Origin: Hypanus sabinus
Taxonomy: Eukaryota
Direction of reading: 5' to 3'
Assembly: GCF_030144855.1 (NCBI RefSeq)
Contig: NC_082714.1
Location: 93,434,001-93,498,000 of the forward strand
DNA: 64,000 nt
How positions within the stretch are numbered: the first letter of the stretch is position 1; each line of letters begins with the position of its first letter. This document shows, one piece after another, positions 52,251-64,000 of this stretch. A program made the translations under genes and the position numbers. The notes beneath the pieces are model-generated. The model was not told the origin of the DNA, did not search any database, and saw only the letters and a program-made list of their open reading frames with translations.

Positions 52251-53399
52251 CAGTGATGCCATTTACAAGCAGGAGATTGCTTTGCGCTTGGAATAGTACA
52301 ACATGGGAACTGGTCCTTCACCCTACGATATTCAATTGATCTAATTGAATTGGTAATCAAATACACAACTACACTGAATACTTCCGCTTGAAGAATATCC
52401 GTGTTCTTAAATTTCCTGCACATCTATGCACCTACCGCAAAGCCTCCAGAACGACCCTACCGCATTTACCTCCACTAACATCTTGGACAGCGAATTCCGG
52501 TCTCCTCCCACTCCCTGTGTTAAAAAAGGGACCCGCACATCTCCTGTGAACTTATCCCAGTTTACCTTAAACGCATGCCTCGCTTCAACAATGTGGAAAA
52601 GCCAGACTGGCTACCTTTCCTATCTGTATATCTCATAGTATGTCAATCTCAATCAAATAGCCCCTCAGTCTCAGAGGTTCCAAGGAAAACAACCCATGTT
52701 TGCTCAAGTTCAAGTTCAAGTTCAGTTTATTGTCATTCAGCTGTACACATGCATACCGCCAAACGAAACAACGTTCCTCCGGACTAAGTTGCACAACACA
52801 GTGCATATGACTTACACACCACACATTAAACAATATAACCATAGTAACCAAAAATAAATTAACCAGTAATACGATGCATACAGCACATGTCAACGATAAA
52901 CAGTAGAACGCTATTGGCACTTCAAAGGTGCTGAGACGTGGGTGGTGGCAGGGAACTTAGTATTCTTGTGTCTTGTGGGATGAAGCTATTTCCCACTCTA
53001 AAAGTCTTGTTTTAATGTTCCGGTACCCACAGACTGATAGTAGGGGGATAGGAAAGATTGTTGGAGGAATTGGAGCGATTATTGACAATGTTAAACATTC
53101 GTACGCAGGGCCAGACTCTCCTTATATCAGATGCTCTCCATTCCAGACAACATCTCAGAAAACTTCTTCTGCATTTTTTCCCAAATCCTCAACAGCCTTC
53201 CTTATATGAAGCTGGTCAAAATTGAATGCAATGTTATCTGGAAATCTAACTGCGGGATCTATTAAGCTCCAACATAATTTTCCGACTCTGGAACACATTT
53301 CCTTGACAGATAAAGAAAAAAATGCCATGTGCCTTCTGACCACACTAACAAGCTGTGTCGTCACTTTCGGAGAGATACGGACTCAACTCCATATTCCCT

Positions 53400-53616
53400 C
53401 TGTACGTCACGGGTGTTAAGGCACTAGTCATTAATAGTGTACCATCCATTTATATTGCAGCATTTATCACTTGGTGGGATTAAACTCCTCTGTCATTCGC
53501 CCGTATCTGCAACTGATCTGTATCCTTTGGTCGCCTTCTACTCTGTCCACAACTTCGGTGTCATCTGCAAAATTAATGAACAACCCATTTACATTTTCAT
53601 CCAGGTTATTTATATA

Positions 53617-53688
<72 letters not shown>

Positions 53689-54960
53689 CTTCAACCGGAA
53701 CCCGCTGTCTTCTATGGGTAAGCCTGTTTTGAATCCAAACGAACAATTCACCACAGAGCCCATGCATCTTAATTTCCGATTGAGCCATTCTGTATTGAAC
53801 CTTGTTAAATGCCTTACTATTATCCATATAGACATCATCCATAGCTCCGCCTACAACAAATCACCATCGTTACTTCGTCAAAAGTCTTAATCAAGTTAGG
53901 AAGATACGAAGTCCTCCGCACAAAGACAGATTTTCCAAACGCTCATAAATCCGATCGTTAAGAATTTTTTCCAGTAATTTCCCTGCCACTGACGCGAGAC
54001 TTTCCGGTCTATAATTCTCAAGATTAACCCAATTTCGTTTCCACAATATTGGAAAATTAGTTGCGTACACGTTCTCCGAGACCTCGTCTGTGGCTATAGA
54101 GAACACTGAGATATAGGTCAACCCTCTAGCAATCTCATCTCTTGACCCTCTTAATAACCCGGTGTATATCCTATAAAGACACCCACTTAATGTTCCTTAA
54201 GATGCACAGTAATACCTCGTTCTTTATTTCATAGTGCAGAAGAAAATTCCTACCCTCCACACTGATTGCGCCACCTTCCACATCTTTCTTCTTGATGTTG
54301 AACATTGAACAACATTCTACACATCCATGCATATGTTCCTTCATTTGTCATTCCATGTCCTGCCCGCTCCTAGTTGTCGTCTTGCTCTTCTTGTATGTAT
54401 AGAACCCCCGGGATTCTCTCTAATCCAACTTTCCGATGACTTTTCATTGTCTTCTCTGACCTTCCTCACCGCTTCGAGTTTAGTTTCTAGCTTCTCTATA
54501 GTTCTTACGGACTCATTGATTTTTTTTTTGCTTTGCATAGTTTTTGTTTGTCAGCACAAGATTCCCTTTCCTTTTGGACCAATATCGTTGCCTGACTCCA
54601 TACTCGCACCCGAACAGCTGCTCACAGTTCACGACCACTAGCTTCTTTCTAATATTCTGCAAATTTACCCTGCTCGAATTTAATGATATTTATAATAAAT
54701 GTTCTCCCAGCGAAAAATTAGTCACTAGGCCAGGCTAATGATCAAACACCAGTTCAAGTTTGCCCCATTCTCTTACTGGAACATCTGCACATTGATATAG
54801 AAACTATTTAGAATTGACCAAACAAATGTTGCAATGTATAAATCTCTTGCTTTAAGGAGATCCCACTTCATCTTAGGGAAGTTGAGGTTACCCGCAACAA
54901 CCCTGGTGTTTTTAGACCTTTGTGTAGGATTCAATGTCTGAAAACAATTACAAATACGAC
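53400..54960 (-). mobile_element. Decayed CR1 RT/EN fragment
   Basis: DDVYMDNSKAFNKV, ENYRPESLASVAGKLLEKIL, VVAGNLNFP. Confidence 0.75.
53618..53685. repeat. Compound (CA)n(TA)n microsatellite
   Basis: Direct reading. Confidence 0.98.
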
Positions 54961-55882
54961 AATAGACAGAATTTAACGCGAAACCATACGTATTCATGTG
55001 ACTTGTCGCTGGTCTCATCTGGTCGGCGAGAGGACTTCAAGGAGGAGCGGTCGGGTTTCCAGACCCGCAGCAGTGAGCGTAGACACCGTTGGCGTTAGTC
55101 CGCAACTGAGGAGTGCAAAGTTCTTGGGAAGTCGAGGAGTTGCGGAAGGAGAGAAATAATACACCAGGGTGTCGAATTGGAGAGGGAATTTGAGGAGATT
55201 TCAGTTGAAGGGAAACAGCTTAAAAAAGAGGATTACAGATCGGCGAGGAGATAGAGGATGGAGTTTGCTGCATTGATAAAGGGGTTTATAATTTGGACGA
55301 ATTACACAGATAGCGAAAGGTTTAGAAGGGTTACACAGATAGAGGGTTTTGGAGCTGGAGGGGTCACACAGAGGGGTAACCGGGTTGGAGGGTTTTCGCA
55401 AATAGACTGCCGTGTAGGTACCTAAACAGTTACACAGAGAACAGTGCAGAGACTGAAGAGAGCTGCATAGATAGGGAAGGGCATTGGTGATGGTGATGTT
55501 GGATGGGCAGGGAGATAGAGATGATGTACGGCCGACAGATTCTGTATTTAAGGGACAGCAAGAAGTGCATGGGCTGTAGAATATTTGGGATATATTAGGT
55601 CCAGGACTGGACAAGTTTTCAATGAACAGGGACTGAAGACTCATATCAAAATCCGATGGATATCACACCGGCAGGTTTAGCGACCGAACGAGAGGGTCCT
55701 GAATTTTGTTGTTGGCTTTAATCAGGAAAATTAAAGGTGAATGACATTCTTTGCTCCATAATATAACATTCCTTTGATCTGGAATTAACGCGTGTTTAAA
55801 TTGCCCGATAAACGCAACCCGTCGGGGAATGGTGCAGGGTGGGGGGTGTTACGGTAACCAATCACTTGCCATTTCCTTACAG

Positions 55883-56243
55883 ATCTACGCAAGCTGGCGA
55901 TTTGTACTAACTGATCTGGAAAGGCAGAGTGAATATTATCCTTCGTGAACAACGACAGATTTAGAACTTGTTTCGTATGTGCGGATCAATAATTGCAACG
56001 GAGTAGTATGATAAAATGTTTTTAAAGAGTCGTGTTGGTAACGGCTCAAGCTGAGCAATTTACAGTGCGGGAGAGGCAAACCGGACCCGCCGAGACGAAA
56101 ACGTACACTCTCGAAAGAAAGCCCGCGCGCAGGAGGCCCAATTGATTCACAGTGCCATCGATCGGCCCCATAAACACTTGTCATATTCCCGGATCTCTTC
56201 ATCCAAAGCCACACTCAGAGCTCCCTCAGTATCAGACCATTCG
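55883..56243 (+). pseudogene. Possible decayed CARD / death-fold exon
   Basis: Strong acceptor ccatttccttacag| and donor CATTCG|gtaaga; across frameshifts SFVNNDR..ELVSYV...DKMF...KKAR...LIHSAI...TCHI..SL, resembling CARD helices. Several stops. Confidence 0.35.
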
Positions 56244-56479
56244 GTAAGAATGAACATCAGTTAATCTGTACTCCCACCCCTGATTATGTACAGCTTGCTA
56301 GGATTAAAATTGACCCTTTCCCTAACTACTGCTTCAATAAGTTATAATTTGGCAACGAATACTGATTTTTTTCTTGATGATCTAAACGCCCAATTGCTGG
56401 CGAGCCGCTTCCAATTGTCCAAAGGTTGATTGTGCAATCACCGCTGTGGCCATGGATCCCGAATACTCAGTCCAGATTA

Positions 56480-57180
56480 TGAGACGATCCCAGTGATGGT
56501 ACAGGATGAGATTCATACTGACAGGCGGTGAAGAAAATTATCGTGTTAAATGCGTGGCTCAAGGATTGCTGTTTGAGAAGTACGATTGAATTCATGGGAA
56601 GTTGGCACCAGTATTGGGGAAGAAGGGAGTTGTACCAATGGGACAGACTACACTAAAACGTGATGGGATCTGGATCCTAGCGAATAGTATATCTAGGGCT
56701 ATGGACAGGGCTTTAAACTAAATAGTAAGGCGTGTGTTCAACAGATTGGAGAATTAAAAGAGAAAAGTGAGGATAAAGATATAAAAGCAAAAAAAAAGAC
56801 AAAAAAGGAAAAAGTAAGTTTGGTGTGAAGAAAACAGAAGTGCAAAAGAGTAAATGATTACAAGATTTTAAAAGCACCATGAGTGTAAAGGCAGTTGACT
56901 TGAAGGCCCAAAGTATTCGTAACAAGATCAGTAAGCTTGTGGCACAAATCAGTACAGAGCGGTATAATTTAATGGCCATTACAGAAGCGCGGTTACAGGG
57001 TGCAGAGGATTGGGAATTAAACATCCAAGGATATCAGGCAATCCGGAAGGATAGGCAGGAAGGTAAGTGCTCTTAATTAAAGATCAGATCAGGGCGATAG
57101 TGAGAGATGATATAAGATCTAAGGAGTAGAATGCTGAAATCATCCAGGTAGAGATTAAAAATTGTAAAGGGAAAACTCAT
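56480..57180 (+). mobile_element. CR1 ORF1/EN fragment
   Basis: LNAWLKD.C..EFMGSWHQYWG; SIRNKISKL..YNLMAITE. Confidence 0.65.
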
Positions 57181-57739
57181 CAATGGAGGAAGTTGTCCAT
57201 TGGCCACCGAAAAAGAACATCACAGTATCAAGTGTGTACAGTACCAGTTGGAACTCAATACACCGATCTCGCAACCCGGCTCCCTCTAATCACAATCTCC
57301 CTACCGGGTGTGTCCTACGACCAGTTCTCCCTGCGTCTACTCTCTTCATCTCACGGAGAGCGATAGACCCAGCTCACATTCCAAAACATCCTTTATCTCC
57401 AACCATAACCCAAACACTGCTTCTAAAGAAAGACCATTGGCTCAGCAGTGGATATTTCCCTCGTGTGTTAGAAAACTTGAGAACCAATCGTCATTCCACT
57501 CCCATGATTATTCATGGAAACAGCGCAGAGCAACTGAAACTTGTGTTCCACAAGCAAAACATTAAGGAGAAACATTTTCAAAATGAACGAAATATGGATG
57601 TGTTTGCGTGGGATATATAAGTGAATCTATCTCAATTAAAAGAACGGGAAGAGGATTTCAATGTGATTAATTAACGTTATAGTAAAGATGATGGTTTTTG
57701 CATTCAACATGAAGCGTGCATATAAATTGACACTGTTTT

Positions 57740-59420
57740 AAAGTTTGTTGTTTGCGGACCCAACTCACTTTTATTGAGGCCTCTGTTTGTTATGCCGTAC
57801 ATCAATCTTGTAACACATGGTTATTCCAGTTGCTGTCGCTCTCCTGTCAGCTCGCATCAGTACAGTCATGCTTCACTGACACATTTCATTAACAAAGTGT
57901 TTTCGGCCACAGACCTGTCGTTCACCAGCTTGTTTTTTTTCGCGCCTTTCTCTGTACACTTCAGAGAATTTTGTGCCAGAAAAATCCAACAGATACACAG
58001 CTTCTGAGATACCCAAACCACCTTGACTAGCACACACAATCATGTCAAGTTTAATGCTACTTATTCCTCATTTTGATGTTTGGTCTCAGTAATAAACAAA
58101 CCTCTTTATCAGATCTGAATTCCTCTATGGATTGAGTTGCTGCCAGATGACTTGCTCATTATTTGCGTTAAAAACCAGCAATACCTGATAAAGTGAGCAC
58201 TGAGTGTGTACATGAGTTGTGGGTATCATATACTGATTTCCAAAGCGTTACAACCCTTGTGGGTTCCTTCGGACTGTGCTGGTTGTTAACCTAAACATTG
58301 TACTTCTCTGTATATACCAGACAAATAAGATTAAGCACATCCTTGCTTTTGTTATTGGAATGACACGATATATTATGAAAGCGAGTCCAAAGAGTTGAGT
58401 CCCATGCGCACACAATTAAATTCCGAAATTGCGTTAAGTTATAGCAAGCTGTGGTATTACTCTTGTTATCGCTCTTTATACTCCACACACTCTGGAGCTA
58501 TATTCCTTTGTGGAACTCAGTACTGATTTGCATGATAAGAATCACGCGACAAGTGGAAAGTGCCGTATCGAATACAACCAGGTTCTTGTTGCGATCCCCC
58601 GGACCATCTTTCAGGGAAGGTTGGCGCAACAACATCATCTGAGTATAATGTTCTTGGTTGCTTTTCCTGTTTTGTGTTCGCAGTGGAAAGATTGTAAAGC
58701 AGTTAAATGCATGGAAGATTGAAAACTCACCAGATTGACACTTTTCTTGTATGTCCAGTACTAAATTTATTTTCCGAATCTGTTTGCTTCTGCAGATTTA
58801 TTTCCTATAACAACAAATTCAGCTGCAATACTAATATCTTTTTCTTCGCCTTTAGCCCATCACCCCCGCTGGAGTACAGAACGCCGACAGATCCTTCTTT
58901 TCCCATGGATAGGGTCTTTGGATCTTCTTTGGCGTTTCTGTAGCTCTGGAGTTTCGGATTGGGGTTGCTAGCCTCATGCACAACCCTGTCCCTTTCTCAG
59001 GCTTGGGATCACCCATGACGGAGTTACAACGGCAGTATGCAGTCTAAAAATATTGTTATTGAATCACGTATTACTGGGCATAAACGTTTAAAATGCCAGT
59101 GGAAAGGTGATTTTCTCCAAGTAACATCTGTCGTGTGGAAGCGGTAGATGGGAGCCATACACGTGAGGTAATCGGCAAACCAGGTTCAATGGCGAAGATA
59201 CGTGAGATTCTATTTCCTGTAGCCATCATGACGACTAGAGCCCTGGGAAGCAAATTCATAGCAAGCAAGAAAATGACATGGCGTACTCGCAATTGACATT
59301 TTTGACGTAGAGTAATAATGGCAGAAGGGCATTGTGGATTGTCACAGAAAAAAATCCTTTTACTTCCTCGAGAGCGGCCGTGGGATTGATGTACAATCTA
59401 TTTGAGACATAATGGTGTTC
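57740..59420 (-). pseudogene. Intronless ADAM10-like relic, copy 2
   Basis: Paralogue of 1-1530; additionally shows QTD, AH..FG..HN, KL...CASQG and FVNEMCQ, matching the order of ADAM10 catalytic, disintegrin and Cys-rich motifs. Confidence 0.5.
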
Positions 59421-62400
59421 AGAGAACAGTCGTAACCACCAGAATTCGCATGGAAAAGTTAAGTGTGTTCTTAACTCAGTACCGTGCATGCAAGAGAGAC
59501 TATTCATTCCATACACCCTGTGACGTAGCAGCAGAAGGAAGCCTGTCGACACTGAAGGTCTCACAAGCGAAGAGCAGAAGCGGTTAAAATCTTCCAGAAC
59601 CTAATTTCCTTCAATCACACTCCGCCTGTCCCAAACCGTAACTCGTTTTCACCGATAATCTTACGCCCTTATGAAGACACAACCGATATTGTGACATTTC
59701 CCATCCCCGAGATACGCTAAATGGCGTTAAAGCGAGATAAAACATACACACGACCCTGCATAAGTGAAAAGAAAACAACCCCGACTGATCGATGGACCAC
59801 AGATTCAAAACACTGTGACTGAGTGTCCGACTCCATAGAACATTTTGCATTTCACAGGACAGACTTCTGTATATCGTGGTATCATCAGAAGCAGAAGAAT
59901 TCTGATGATGCTGGAGACCTAGAGCAAAAACACAGGCGACAACGCACACACATTCGCACAGCACAATGCTGAAGGACTTCGGCAGGTCAGGCAACAACAA
60001 TGGAAAAAATAGATTCAACGTTTCTGGTCGAGTCCCTTCATCAGGTTACGTGAAGGGTCTTGGCCCGAAACGACGATTCTATTCCTCTCCAAGGATGCTG
60101 TCTGAACTGATGAGTTTCTCTAGCAGTTTGTGTGTGTTGCCGCAGTTTCAAATTAACTGCGGTAATATAAAACAATGAACAATTATAGCACGGAAGCAGG
60201 CCATCTCGGCCATTCTACTTAACATATTAACTGGAAAAGGGAATTCGTAAAGATAGGGAGCAAAGATTAAAAATCACTGTGAAACTTCATTATTAGTTTG
60301 GTCCTCGCGAAGGGCCTCGGCCCTAAACTTCGACTGTTTATTCATTTCCATGGATGTTGCACGGCCTTCTGAGTTCCTCCAGCATCTTGGTTGTGTTGCT
60401 TTGGATTTCCAGCATCTGCAGAATTTATTGTGTTTATCATGCTGGTGTTGTAAAGATCTCCAACTTGTCCTAAGCTCTTTATATTCCAATTAAATATCAA
60501 GCACATTCTCAGGAGTTATGTATCAAGTATAATGTATCCAGAGTTGCTGACGGCAGGAAACCGGGCAGGAACGTGATTGGAAAATGGAATTATCCATAAA
60601 AATTATATCGATCTGTAATAATAAGAAAAGAAGGTATCAAATGGACAACTATAAGATTGTTGACTGCAAATTCAGACGCAGAACTGGCCTTTCGGGTAGA
60701 TTATATCTCTTTCAACGCCCTGCATGTTTGTACCTGCTTTTGCTAATACTTTTCATAGCTAGTGTCGTTAACCCTTGTGCTTTCTGTTTCATCTTGTCAA
60801 GTTTATTTTAATTGGCACTGGTTTTCTTCGTACTTATATTATTTAAATCGGATTCCTCCTTAGCACTCATGGTGGGGTCCTGGTTTTTCAGAATTATTCA
60901 TTTTGCGGTGGTGCTCGGGCAAGCCATCAATGTTCTTTTGGAATTACAATGAATAAACTCTTGTTTCTGTCTATACATGAGAGTCTGTTGTTCCTCGGCA
61001 CCTGGGTTCAGTCGTTTGTCAGCGCACACAGTGGCAGTCGTACCCAGAACCAGAAATGGACCCGACGGAGTTTCGACTGCCGCTTCGACAACAGTTAGTT
61101 GGAGGCGAGCGTCCCTTATATTCTCAGTGCTTGTGTCGAGGCTCTGCTACGAGTTTTCCTGTGCCTCCCACTGACGTACAGGTATCCAATGAATATTCTA
61201 TATTCCCGAGTTATATGCCATGCTATCGATTTTACAAGCCCTGTCTCGAGAGCATCAAGTCTGTTTCGAGTTTACCAGCTCGGTGCTGAGAAATCAGGTA
61301 TGTCCCGAGATATCCAGTCAAGTCTCCAGAATATCAGCTCTGTCTCGAATTTCCCGGCACTTTCTCGAGAGCATCATGTTTGTTTCGAATTCACAATCCC
61401 TGTCTCGAGTAACCAAGGTCTTCTTAGGACGTCACTTGCTGGCCTTCGGGAATATTGTACTTCAGAGAGCTTATACGGGCCTGAGAACGTGTCTTTGTTA
61501 GTTATTGTTTTTATTAAGAGTCATTAAACCAGTTTTCTTTCTGTTTAATCTTGTTAAGTTTATTTTGACTGACACGGGTTTTCTGGGCAGTGTGATTATG
61601 TAAACTAGAATCCCTATTAGCACTTATTGCTGCATCCTGGTCTTTCGAGAAAGATTCGACTGGCTGTTGCTCATTCAAGCCACTGATATTATTGTTGGAA
61701 TTGTTATCTAAAACTGTCTCTATGTGGCAGTCTGTGGTTCGTGCGCATCTGGGTTCAGTCGATTGTCAGTGCACGTCGTGACAGTCTCATAGTTGGGGTT
61801 TCTTGCTTAGTGGGTTCAAATTCGAGACAATTAGAAGGATAACCAGTGGAAGTGATTAAATAGGTATACAGGCCTGGAGCTCTCTTACTGTAAGGCCTTT
61901 GGTGCTGAAACTCTTTATAAAGGGCAGCGTGCAGTTTTCTTTTTCGAGGATGGAATTATTCCATCAACATCACCAAATATGCTCGCAAAAAATGGATTTG
62001 TCCGGAGTTTGCAGGGTATATTTTAAAATGACAAGTTGTTTCACATTTGTCAGTAAAAAGGTAATAGAAGATAGTAGGGGGCGGGGGTGGTTCGCAATTG
62101 TGCTCGAAGTTCGGCTGGTGAACAGGTGGTGGCGGTAGAGAATTATTGATGATCGGAGTCGGTCCTAACCTGCCAACGCGGCGTCGGCAACGCAAAATAG
62201 AGTTAGATTTGCATTTCGATGTCGCCTATCAAAATTTCATCAGCACAGCAAGAGCTTTACACTAATTATTTCATTGATGTAGTCATTTCTGTAATATATT
62301 AAACAGGGTATCATGTGCCTAACCGGGTGATCTATTTTGCTAAAGTTTTTGTGGGATCGTTGTTAACACTGGTCGCAATGCTCTACTTTCGTTAAGGCTT

Positions 62401-64000
62401 CAGTGAGATAGGAATTATATTCTTGCACCTTACACATATAAGGTTAAGAGATTCATTTGATATTTAGATACACAGCTGAATGAAGATGAAAAGTTCTCTA
62501 AGTGAATGTGATCGGAATGATTGGTGGTGCCAGATGGAGCGGTTCGGGTACTATATCTTGGAAACCGCTGCTGCTTGGAATTTTCACGCACAACTGTTAC
62601 TAGAGTTTACAGAGAATGATGTGAAAAACAATTAAACAGTTAAAGAAAAACATCCAGTGAGCAGCAGTTCTATGGGCTAAAACATCTTGTTAATGAGAGA
62701 TGTCGTGTTCCGGTGACGTCATCGTCCAGAATGTCAGCTTGTCAATAGCTCCTGCGGATAAACGCATATTTTGCCCCGTTAATCCATCAAATATAAGATC
62801 TTCCGAAAATATCTGAATTGATAAGCGGGGTAAGAATGAGGAAAAAGAATGGAAATTAAAAAAAAAAGAACACTGCGGAGTCTGTAGACAAGAGGGGTGC
62901 AGCGAGCGGCTCTCCTACCCGTACGCGTGGTCGGGAGGCTGACGATGGGCCTCGTTCAGGCGATACGCCAAATATGATAAGAATTCTGGAAGAGAGACGG
63001 AGAATCCAAAAAAGATATAAAAGAACAAATAAATGATATAAAGTCAGAACTCTCCAACGTCAATCAAAAATAGTAGAGGCAGAGACATGAATTGAGAAGG
63101 TGGAAGATCGCGTGCACAACATGGAACGGAGATTAAATAAGACTACAATAATATTAAATCAACAAGAAAGTTAATTGCTTGACCAGGAAGGAAGATCACG
63201 GCGGAAAAATATTAGTATATGCAATGTTCCAGAAGGAGCGGAGGGGTTTGTCTATGATGGAATTTGTTGGAAAGTTGCTGTGGGACGCGCAGGGTATACC
63301 TTCGACAATGGGGCTTGAAATTAAGAAGGCGCATCGTGCGCTCGCTCTGCGGCCTACTGGAGACAGAGAAGATAAGCCACGCTGAATACTAATTAGATTC
63401 CTTCGATACAATATCAAGGCGGAGATTTTACGAAGGGCCTGGGGAAAGAAAAGTGTGTTTTTTTTGGAAGGGAAGTTAACATATTTCAAGATTACCCCCC
63501 GGAGGTCCTGCAGAAACTTAAAGAATACTCTGAAGTAAAGCGAATATTAAAGCAAGGAAAGATGAAATTCAAATCTCATGTCCCTGCTAATCTGCGAGTG
63601 TTTTCTGAAGATGGGATCCAACTGTATCAGACAGTGGAAAATGCGACTACAGACATGAAGGCCAGACGTTGCCGTCAGCGTGATCAAACCGAGGGAAAGC
63701 CTGGTTGAGCAGTTATCCCACTGTGCTTGGGAAATAGTGAAAGATTCGAGAAAGCAGGGTACAGGATTTAGCCGAGAGAAGTATACCAGGGAGAGATCGT
63801 GAGTTTTCCGCAGACAGTTTCAGCCTCTAGAGAAGAGCCATAAGGTTTAGCCAACTTCAGAAGTGTTGATAAGTTAAACAGAAGCAAAAATATAGGGTGC
63901 TATACCTATCTCAAGAAATACTTAACAACATGTGGATTTTATATTACTCAATTTTTATTTTTATTCATTCATTCATTCACTACATTTTTCTCCACCTAAA
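58013..64000 (+). repeat. Segmental duplication, copy A2
   Basis: Direct-orientation paralogue of 1-5930. Confidence 0.92.
62720..64000 (+). mobile_element. L1 ORF1 region, paralogue of the element at 4655
   Basis: LEIKKAHRALALRPTG; same insertion point in the Tc1 fragment as copy A1. Confidence 0.88.

Noticed and set aside
55201-55644. 147-aa Ser/Cys/Pro-rich ORF
   Set aside because: Arises from a degenerate ttacacagatag-type repeat typical of LINE-derived sequence.
1-64000. CRISPR arrays, rRNA, tRNA or prokaryotic operons
   Set aside because: None seen; the sequence is spliced vertebrate DNA and its periodic repeats are microsatellites or LINE tails.

Overview
Vertebrate genomic DNA, by sequence style a cartilaginous fish (probably a ray or skate). 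It is heavily filled with decayed CR1, L1-like, Tc1 and Penelope-type elements and has two N gaps (25675-25876, 39203-39491). The core is two immunoglobulin light-chain clusters of the type I / sigma-cart (NS5-like) class, both with V and J already joined in-frame in the genome and no RSS. Cluster 1 (leader 21186-21234, VJ 21342-21695, C 23366-23694) is intact. Cluster 2 (45419-47934) is a pseudogene: promoter and ATG replaced by a CR1 fragment, a nonsense codon and a 22-bp deletion in V, but an open C exon. Between them, on the minus strand (about 35.6-39.1 kb), lie decayed exons of a non-rearranging V-C1-TM antigen-receptor-like gene and probably a second related gene. The two ends of the window (1-5930 and 58013-64000) are copies of one segmental duplication carrying an intronless ADAM10-like relic. 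Orphan TM-, CARD- and TIR-like exon relics are also seen. All homology calls were made by eye from remembered family motifs; no database search was run.
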